Below, in pieces: positions 1 to 10,131 of a stretch of 64,000 nt of DNA. The stretch is from Ylistrum balloti (Eukaryota), in NCBI RefSeq assembly GCF_031769215.1, contig NW_026781970.1, positions 1,426,001 to 1,490,000 of the forward strand, given 5' to 3'. Each line of letters begins with the position of its first letter. Positions within the stretch are counted from its first letter, which is position 1. A program made the translations under genes and the position numbers. The notes beneath the pieces were generated by a model. It saw only the letters and a program-made list of their open reading frames with translations. It did not search any database and had not been told where the DNA came from.

Positions 1-353
1 TAATTCTCCGTAATCAGGACATTCAAACACCAAATTTCTCCGTTCATTACAGCAAGATTAGATACAAAAGCATGTTATCAGTCAAACGAGGTAAATATTG
101 TATAAAGATCTCATTGCTAAATAATTCATTCTAAATATGGCTGAATCAATTATCAATTATTTATTCATAACGTTCAAACTGGCGATAGATCGGCATGGCA
201 AATTATCCTAACAATATGCACAATATATAGCCGTAGGAAGAAACGTAAAATTCCACACCGATAAGGCACTTGTTCCGTTATTGCTAGCGGTCCTCTGTAC
301 GATAAAGACGTCTTTGCGCCTGACAAACGCTACGTATTACCATTGTTTTGCAG

Positions 354-360
354 CTTAGAG
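354..360 (+). other. Candidate 7-nt microexon (CTTAGAG) in the intron upstream of the homeodomain exon
   Basis: CTGAC branch-like motif at 320-324, acceptor CATTGTTTTGCAG ending at 353, donor GAG|GTAAAT at 361. No transcript evidence. Confidence 0.3.
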
Positions 361-1749
361 GTAAATTGTTCACTTTCAAACGTCTCCCTTGCGGTTCTTT
401 TCCAAATATATGTTATCACTGAAATCGACATATGTAAACAAATCACAAAGATATCATACACACCGCATCACTTTGAGCAATAATCTGTTTATCATATACA
501 TTATTATTATTGTAGAACAAACACTTTTCTGTGAAATTTCTTCTTATTAGTTAAATCTTTGTTATTCATTCTGATATAACGTTTTTGTAATTTGTAATGT
601 TACATCATTATTTTGTTATATTGGATACAATTCAGTAATAAAGTTGGAAGTCTGGACTAAGATCACTGGTGTACTCTTACACTGTTGAATTATTGTTTGT
701 GCTATTAAATATAATATATATATATATACAATCGCATGAAATTCTTATTTAATGCCCTAGTTACAAATTGAAATAAGTAAATGAATAAAGTCACGCGAGT
801 CTGTTTTTTTTTAAATATTGACATTTGCTAGGATGTAATGTGTTTGATGAAACAACGGTAAAAAGTATATGCACACTCATTTACAATTCTTCACAAGCTA
901 TAAAAATGTCTTAAAATAGAATGAAAACAGTCAATTGTTATTGGTAACAGCTGTAATTGAAAATACTTGCACCAGGTATTGTGAGATAGTGCTTCCACAA
1001 ACGGAGGTAATTATGGGTGACTTAAAACTACCAATAATTCCAGCATACCTGTCGAGCGTCAAACACGTATCGTAAATTGTTTACCTGTGTTGACGAGACA
1101 ACTCTTTACGTCGTCAGTAGCTCCAATGCGGGTCCATCGAGGACATTTGTTTTCTTCCTTGCTCTTAATAAATAATAAAATAGTTTATTTGTCTTAATGG
1201 TGTACAAATATATACCTTTGTAATAAAACGGTGATGTACTATATGTATATATAAATTGTATATATCTTCACCTGCACTGATTCATTGATGATAAATTCCT
1301 ATTTCAATGGAATACTATTCAAGTAGTTCTACATTGCAATTTCAATATTTGAATTAGCTTGCATTGTTAATCACAGTAAACTTAGGATTTTTTATATGCT
1401 TTGATATCACCTCGCTAAGGTAAAGTCAGTTGTAGAAATGAAATATAATTCCATCGCTTTTATGAATTAATTCATATCTATTTTTTAATCCGATTTTTAT
1501 CACGAATGTTTAATTAATGATTTACAATGGACACAGTTTATTTGAACTTTGTAACATATCATTGAGTAATTCTTAAACTGATACATGATACGCTCCATAT
1601 TATCAAATAAAAATAATGTGATATTGATTACCAGTGTTATCGTTTTTATTTGTTTACAGAAATTATGATAAATCAATTACAAAAGGCAGAGACGTTACTC
1701 ATGAAACGAAATCAAAACTTGTAAAATTTTTGTTTTAATTTGATTTCAG

Positions 1750-2042
1750 CTGGTCGGGCGGAACAAGTGTCAAATACGAAGACAAACGGAACAAGATCGC
1801 ATGTTCATAAATCAGAACAGAAGCCAACTAGAGTTAGAACAGTGCTCAACGAAAAACAATTACATACTCTGAGGACGTGTTATAATGCAAATCCGAGGCC
1901 GGATGCTTTAATGAAAGAACAACTTACTGAAATGACAAACCTGAGTCCTCGTGTAATCCGGGTGTGGTTTCAAAACAAACGCTGTAAAGACAAGAAACGG
2001 AGTATACTGATGAAACAATTACAACACCAGCAGCAGGAAAAA
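1750..2042 (+). CDS. isl1: Islet LIM-homeobox gene, homeodomain exon (homeodomain about 1824-2003)
   Basis: Translates to [75 protein letters not shown], nearly identical to the Islet-class homeodomain. Acceptor TTTCAG ends at 1749, and the exon opens with 2 nt completing a split codon (phase-1 intron). Donor AAA|GTGAGT at 2043 (phase 0). Confidence 0.97.
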
Positions 2043-5000
2043 GTGAGTAAATTCATAGTAAGTGAAACTTTTTCTTACATCTCTGAGATAGCAAAATTCT
2101 GAAATTTTCTCTATATCCACATTAAGAAATGAAATCAAAAATATCTTTCTCTGGTCTTTCGAACACGGTCTTATTTTGTCTTCTTCGTTTTTCATCTTTA
2201 CTACATCCCTTAATTGTGAGTAATTGATATTGGTTTAGGGTATGTAAAATGTTACTTTCGAACATTTTGTCATACGAGTTCATGTGTTTACAAATATGAA
2301 ACACAGAGCAAATCCACCACAAAAACATGTTTTCCAGGTGTATTGTTGGCTACGTTATGTGTTACTGTTTGAAATGTGTTACTGACGATTGTTGTAAGGT
2401 ATACTTGTTATATTGTATGTTTAGGTAATTGCCAGCTTTGTGTACCATATTTTTTGTAGTCTGCATATAAATATCGGAGTGTAATAACAGATATACGTAT
2501 CCATTGTAAATAGACATTATTTGGTATCTGTCATCAAGAAAGCATTAATGTTTACAAATAATTTGTTGTATCATCAGTTTATTAAAAAAAATCGAAAACA
2601 CTATGAAAATATTTTTAAAACGGCCGGTATGCATAGAAATGAAATATTTCATATTATCGTATAAGTCTCTGGCGGAAAAAATTATCTTTTACAAAAAAAA
2701 AAAGAAAACAAAACAAAACAAAGCAAAGCACAGCCAAACGAAAACGTTAGAAGTAAATCTGTAGTATATGAACACTTTATTGCGTAAAATTTTAATTTAC
2801 GTGTACAAAATTTACTAAGCAGCAATTTTTCAGTTTGAACTAAAAGATTAAATTTCATTCATAAAAATTGGACTCTTTTACCTCTAGTTGACGTTTAGTA
2901 GAAAATAGAATGACTTGAACTTGACAAACATAGGCATGTTCCAAGGATCGACCCAACCCACCGAGTTCACATGTGTGTTTATCCAAGGGATTCTAATATT
3001 TGCAGTTCTCTTTACAACGTGGACAGAAAGGCTTAGCTACCACTGCCAAGACATACAAAAATTGTCTAGCCGAATCTCGCTGTTTAGGAATACACGGAGG
3101 TTGATAAATTTATTGAGATTTATAAAAATTTGCAGAGAAATTAGAGTAATTTAACCGCTTGTTAAAGTATAACGTTTACATGGAGACTGTTAACGATGCA
3201 TATCAGTGTTTATTTCATGATCTTTGTAAGAATTGTGGGAGTGAAAATTATTTTCATTGATAGAGACAGCTTTTTGTTGTTGAATACTATGACAGACAGT
3301 TTATGTGGTGTTAATTTATATGACGACAGCAATTTGGCCGTCGAAATGAAGGTTGGTATTTCTAAAATGTTGATAATATCTTCCACCCCAACCCCCACAT
3401 AAAAAAAAGATAAAAATAATTTTTAAAAAAATAAACAATAGCAAAAAACAAAACAAAAACAAAAAATAATAATAATTGAAATGTATCCCGTTATAACAGA
3501 TTGTAATTTTAAGGTAATAAATATAGTAAAATTTGATAAAAAAATTATTTAAATAAAAATATCATTGTAATCATGAGTTGTATCAATAGCGCACAAATAT
3601 TGACATTTTATCCGAAAATAAAGAAAGTATATAATATTACATTATTAAGTGCATGAATACACATGTGTCCTTGTTCGGTCCACATATGTTGCTTTCATAA
3701 ATGTATAACCAGCATTTCAGCGACAGCCTGGTATACTAAACCTGCTGGTAGTCAGCCGGTACACTAAGCATTTCAGTTTATCTAAATCTAAAACAAAGGG
3801 GTCCTTTACTAAGAAACGTGTTTGATGTCGTTCATGGTATCACAACAGGAATAACTAAAAAAATATTGGCAAGATATTATTGGATCAATATAATTCAAAA
3901 TTTTTTTTTTCTAATTATTACAATTTTATTATCATACCTTCAATGTGAATTGAAAAGTCTGATATCCTGATTCGATTCGTGAGACCTGCGTTTTCTCGAT
4001 ACTCGAGAGAAACCAAATTATTTGCAGGTTCAGTTTCCTGAACTAGAGTCGGTATTGATGTCTTCTAAACCGTGACAGTAAATTAAACATCCACACTTGA
4101 CGCGGAAACGACTGCATTGTCTCCTGGTGTCTAGTCTTGTTGTATTGTATAACTAGAAATTATCTGAATTTGCTCTAATTACCAACAATTATATGATTCT
4201 AATGTCTCGGCATTAGTAACAGTCCTGGAAATATTTCTCTAAAACGCTCCATATATAATACAAAATATCACTCCAAGGCGAACTGCATTCCATTTAACTA
4301 TATTTGATAATAAAAAAGGCACCATTTTTCTGAAAAAAATCCTATATTCTAAAAATAAAAGAAACCGTTACTGTTTAACACATTTCATTGGTACCATTTC
4401 TTCAGTGACGTGTATTAGAGAGAACCAAGGAGTCTGTCGCGTGCAGAAACAAATTCCACGGTGCCTAATTGGAAATACATTGAATTAAGTCTCTTATTGA
4501 ATCCTTGGGGGTATTTACACTTGAATGTGGCCGCTGATAACCATAAACAACACCTTTTCTCGTGGATAATTCAACAACATTATTTGTAAACCAAAGAAAA
4601 TTTACTTTGCTGTGGTTGTAATTCCCCCGTGACAATGTTACAGTCTTTCTCACGAAAGGCAAGCAATAATTGAGAGAACCGGAGGCGGTGCGGACACCCC
4701 CTACCACTTTCCTGTTATTTTCACTATTATTTTCCCTTAAAGCATGATGTTAACTTAATTTGAAAAATCATAGGACAATGGGAGCAAAAATCTGGGGACA
4801 TTTGTTTGGCAGTGATTATGCGGACAAGGTTCCTGAGGCATGGAAAAGCCGAACTGAATTACCTGCATCCAAGCTCAATATGACTTAGACTTAACGACAC
4901 GTTCTTCACAGACCCGGACAATGACCCATTGGTCGAATAGTCACTAATTTTTTTTATTTTCTCCTTTTTGTTTTATACCTATCCGTTGCCATGTCCTTTT

Positions 5001-7860
5001 AAAAGACTTCATAATTTAGCACAATACCTGTTCGATTGCAGTATGCTTCACTGTGACGATTGTATTTAGAGATAAGAAAACTAGTATTTGGATCACAATT
5101 CCTTTCATTATTATTAATTTTTGTGTGATTAATTTTGACTTCATGACTTCATTTTGAACTCATTGATTTCTAATTCTTAAAAAATTATAAAATCATACAA
5201 AAACTCAATTACTGTCAAAACCTTAATCATGACAATATAACGAAAACCGACTTAACAGTGAAATTCGGCTAATGAAAATATCTTGCCATATCTGACGGAT
5301 TCAACATATTTGCCTTTAACATTGCTTTAATCTATGTCGTGCCACATCCGGCAAATACAGGGTTCTTGTCAATGTCAGTTAATACAGTCTCACTTAAAAT
5401 ATCCATACGTTTCTCATAGATGTTGAAACCGGTTTTGTTGTTTCATTGATATTCACATAGCTCTATCGTATTTGCTGTTATCTTCCGAATCTGTTGTCTG
5501 TTTTTACACCCGTTTGGTTAACTGTTATCTAAATGATTGTCGTTTACATATCTAGGTTAAAATCCATCATTGATTGCGGTTTCCACAAACGGTACAAACA
5601 ATGCCACTACAATTACAGAGACAAGTCATCGATAAACAAACAACAACGCTATCGTTATGATGAGACGCGGTGATATTGCCACTATTAATACTACAAAAGT
5701 CATGAATATGTTAATAACCTCCAAAGGACAAATATCAACGATTTGGCATAAGTTGGTATACTGATTCATCGATTTATGTTTACCACTATATATCTCTTTT
5801 GTTAAATGGAGACTTAAAACCTCAGCGTGGCGAGGCTGCGACAGTCGGCTTCTCTTCAATACCTTGTGAAGTATACGGTTTCGACATTACGAGAGCCAGC
5901 GACGATGAACTGGAGATAACAATTGATGATATTTTCTCAAGGTCTTTCAGTGCAAGTTTAGTTAGGCAGATAAGTTGTAGTAAAATGCATCATTGTTGTT
6001 ACTTTTCTAGCTGGTAAATCTGAATATTGTCTCCCACAATAACTAACGGATACTATCATAGGGAAAAGAGACTTCTCCATTTCCTTTTGTAAAAGAAAAT
6101 TGTATACAGGACATCTACATTAACATATTAATTGGTAAGGTATTGTTATATGATGACGCTAATCCTCTGATCAGTAATACATCAGATATAATTATGTTTT
6201 TCGTTGCTGTAACATTTGGGATGCTGGTTTTAACTTGTGTGTTTGGTATCATCGTTATGATAAGAACACTGTCAAAACTTATATTTATGCTATATGCTTT
6301 AGTTGACCGTCAAAATGCACGGCATCAGATAGGTTACAAGGTTCCTCTTTACGTCCGATCATAGAATCGAACCCGGACGCCTAGACATGTTCGTTTTACT
6401 GTACCAACTGACCACTCAATCTACAGTCAACGGCACACACTTAAATAACATATCAACATGCTATATGAAGCAATTTGTCGTCACCGAGTTAAGGTTTATA
6501 CATGATAAAAATCCCAAATATAAAGACAATCTTTTGAGTGAATATTATCCTCACTTTATAGCGAAGCAGTTGCTATCATAAGCAATACAATAATGTTTAC
6601 AAGTAAGATATCTTTAGTGAGTAGATAACTTTCGTTCTGATGTTTTTTAAAACATGTATCTTAAGTTAAGAAAAATAGGTTATTTCAAAGAGAAGAATGC
6701 TTCAAACTTTAGAGATCTGAAAATCCATAACTCCTTGGAAAATGCAATGATATTTTGCGTTAACATATCAACAGAATGACGACTAGGAGTTCCAGAAAAT
6801 AGAGAAAAAACAAAAAGAAAAAAAACGAAAAGAAAAAAATTAAATGAAATTGAATAATTCTATTAAATAGATAATGAAAGAAATTTTCAAATATTTATTT
6901 CGTTTGATAATGAAGAGTAATACTCCGGAAATTTACTGAATCTTCACTTCAATGGGAGATGTTCTATGCAGAAAATCAGTTGTATGAATATTGTCAAGAT
7001 TGTCTGTCCCTGGTTTTGGATAATTCGTTGCCTTCAGAACCTGCACATATCGGGAATGTCAGGACCAATGTCAGCCTGGCAGGGAAAGTGATTTAGCAAT
7101 GATTATACAACGATGAAGGAGCGAGGCAATTTTGACTGTAATCATTGTCTATTTATTTGTAACCCCTAGTCGGTCATCATTTGGTTATTGGGAATTCTGT
7201 ATAAGCCGTATGCACTGGCATACACGAGTGATATTAGAATTTAATAATAGCCTCTCAGCCTTTCTCCGAGAGGTCGCGCTTTCACACAGAGCTAATTTCG
7301 TGTAAATTTCTCTGATGATTAGCGCATGCAGTCATTTAATTTCCTCCAATTCAAACAGCTTTTTATATTATAAATTTCTACTTATTCCGGTCCCTCCGGA
7401 AATTAAGAAATTCCGCAATTAGATTACACCTCTTCCACGCGATTATTATTATCAAATCGTATTGTTTGTACCCCCTAGTTAGGAGGAATCAGCCGCCGAG
7501 ATAGAGTGCAAGAATATACTTCCCTACGTTGCTTTGTGTTCTATACCGGTATACATCGTATTTTCATTTTTTTCATATCCAAATTCCTTATAAACAAACA
7601 TAGATACATTAAGTTTTATACAACAAATCAAATTTACATAGTTAACACGAAATTGATATTTAACATTCGTTTGTAAACATATTTCTTCAACAAACCAAAT
7701 CATTTATTGAGAAGGGAAAAATTGTCATTTTTAATCTTTTTAGGGAACCGTTCGATTGACGAATACCGTTTCAATAAACACCTTCCCTCTAGGAATAGTC
7801 CGATCTTAAGGTGTATGAACACGAACACATAAAAATGAAATATTTTATATATATTTGATG

Positions 7861-7972
7861 CAATAAATCGTGTGCTTTACACACTAACCGTGTTGGTCGT
7901 CAATTCAGAATTGAACCCTGAAACTGTGAGGGTGAGAAAAGTGTCTCACCATGATCTATCTCCTTTCCCTCC
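7861..7972 (-). mobile_element. Degenerate tRNA-derived SINE head relic
   Basis: The minus strand reads GATAGATCATGGTG (decayed A-box, 7947-7960) and, about 30 nt later, GGGTTCAATTCT (decayed B-box, 7907-7918). Heavily diverged. Confidence 0.3.
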
Positions 7973-9860
7973 AGTCAACACCACATCTCGTGATGTAGTA
8001 GGCTTTACAGGAGTAAACTATGAGAGAAAAAGCTCCGAACAGAACCATGACTTCGGGGTTCGCGTGATATAGGATTACATTATATTGTGCAAACATAGCG
8101 CTTAACAGAAGGCCTGTTGATTGTTAAGCTAATTAAAAGCATGCTCGTGTTGATAATCAGTGGGCATCTGTTCCGCCTGTGTACAACATCTCCGTAAAAC
8201 TCCACACAACGTTCACCGGGCTGAACATAAACAGAATTTACATCTCTGAAAAATGAATATTTAATAGCCTCTTAATACTTCCGTTGGTTGTAAAGCTATA
8301 AACAATGATTCGTACGATTTATATTATTCTATAAAATATGATTTGTTGATTAATTGGGAAGTTTTCCAGCCCACAATAATGATCAAATGCCCTTGACATA
8401 TGATATCTAGTCTCAGTAGAAATGATTTTTATTCGATTGATTTAATCTATTGTAATGAGCGTGCTACAAATAACGAGCGTTTGAATATTGTCGTGTAGTG
8501 TTACCGGTTCTATCGACTCCCAGTAGTGTAATAATAATAATTTCATTATCCATTTTACCGAAACAAACAATTCATCCGACCAAAAGAAAAATAATATGGA
8601 CATTTCAAAAGGTGTCATATTTAATGCTAATTAAAACATTCTGACTAATGATGTGTGAGTATGTAGTTACAAAAAAATACATAAATATTGTACAAATGAC
8701 CCGTTGAAACACTTACATTATTTTGATCTAAAACAAACACTTTCAACTCATAAATAATTACAACAAAATTGAAGTCACGCTCTCAATTCAGTGCTTATTA
8801 ATTTATTATTATCTTCACGAGATCTTTACTTTTTTTTTTTTTTACTAATTTCCATTCCGGGTGAATGCTCTCATAAATCGACAGTTTGATATCTATACAT
8901 ATGTATATAAATCATAAGATATACAGAGGTGTTATATAATAACAATGCCTTATTTGGTTACAGGTCAATAAAAGCCGATAAAACCAGAACGTATTTTTTC
9001 AGAATAGAATGAGTCGAAATTTGATCCCTGTAAACAAATGCAAAACCAGCAATCGTGTAAAGATGGATTTATTCAACATGATAATCAAAATTTGAAATTT
9101 GTCTGTCGATTCCAATTAAAACTTTGTGTAATTCTAACTTTGAATGGTGTGAATGACGTTGTATCATTCCTATTAAAGGTGTATGTGAAGACTCGGCCTA
9201 TATCTAACGATTTATTCTAAACGTTACGTTTCAAATAGGCTGTTATAGAATAAACGAGAAAGGTTTTTTTTCTCTCTTTTTTATATTGATTCCGGGTAGA
9301 CCACTGTCATCTTTCTGTCGATAACATGCTAGACAGCAAACATGCAAGTCAACTGAACGTAATTTGTATACGCTTCAATGTATCTGAATGAACAACTACG
9401 AACGTCATTATCAACAAATCGAAGGCCTCCAACACTTCTATCATATATAACGGAGCCTGGGCACTTTCCCTCATTATGTAATCTTTCTTTCTCAAATAAA
9501 GCGAAAGTAAATTCCGATAATGACGTAGATGCGCATTTGAAAAATATCTTCTCATGAAAATGAAGTTAATTATTGAAATGCACTGAATATCCCCAAGGGA
9601 TGTAGATATGCACATGGGATAATTAACAACTGAAATTGTATATATCTTTTGATCAGGAGACAAAAGCGCATACGAATTACTATTTGATACGTTGCGGCAT
9701 GAATATCTACAGCAAGAATAGACCGTTAAAGAATAAACCCGTTCTGAATTTGGTGAATTATTGTTTTTATTACACTTGACTATCGCTGTTTATTTTCTTT
9801 TTACATTTTCCCGATAAACATCAGGCGAAATATCTAAAACCTATTTTTGCACTCTTGCAG

Positions 9861-10040
9861 AATGGCGGACGGTTGCATGGTCCACTTCAAGGAGTTCCAA
9901 TGGTCGCTTCAAGTCCCGTTAGACACGAAAGTCCCATGCAAGCTAATGCGGTAGAAGTGCAAAGCTACCAGCCACCGTGGAAGGCTCTCAGTGATTTTGC
10001 CATGCAAAGTGAACTTGAACACCCGCCATTCCAACAACTG
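9861..10040 (+). CDS. isl1: Islet exon encoding the LIM-interaction / Lhx3-binding domain
   Basis: 180 nt, [60 protein letters not shown], matching the Islet PMVAxSPxRH...[17 protein letters not shown]...FQQL block. Acceptor CTCTTGCAG ends at 9860, donor CTG|GTGAGC at 10041. Phase 0/0, in frame with the homeodomain exon. Confidence 0.95.
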
Positions 10041-10057
10041 GTGAGCACGTTTGTTTG

Positions 10058-10131
10058 TGACGTCACACACGATGACGATGACGATGATCATGTCGTGTGC
10101 TATGATCAGTGCTGACCGGAAATTACGTCAC
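10058..10131. promoter_or_regulatory. Intronic motif cluster: full CRE plus ETS-bZIP composite
   Basis: TGACGTCA at 10058-10065 and CCGGAAATTACGTCAC at 10116-10131, inside a CpG-rich patch just after the exon donor. Confidence 0.35.

Noticed and set aside
1660-1749. Alternative upstream acceptor (TTTACAG at 1659), 90 nt before the homeodomain exon
   Set aside because: In frame, but it contains TAA at 1722-1724, so it could at most be a poison variant, and nothing else supports it.
2043-2102. 3' extension of ORF 1740-2102 and its TTG start
   Set aside because: Similarity to Islet is bounded by canonical splice sites at 1749/1750 and 2042/2043; the rest is intron.
4028-4051. 24-nt in-frame cassette exon (VQFPELES)
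   Set aside because: The donor GTATTG is weak and the polypyrimidine tract is poor; expected by chance in a 7.8-kb intron.
5230-6580. Decayed membrane-protein-like frames (minus 5230-5859; plus 5799-6364)
   Set aside because: Multiple in-frame stops, no recognisable family motif, and hydrophobic runs are common in AT-rich DNA. A blastx would be needed.
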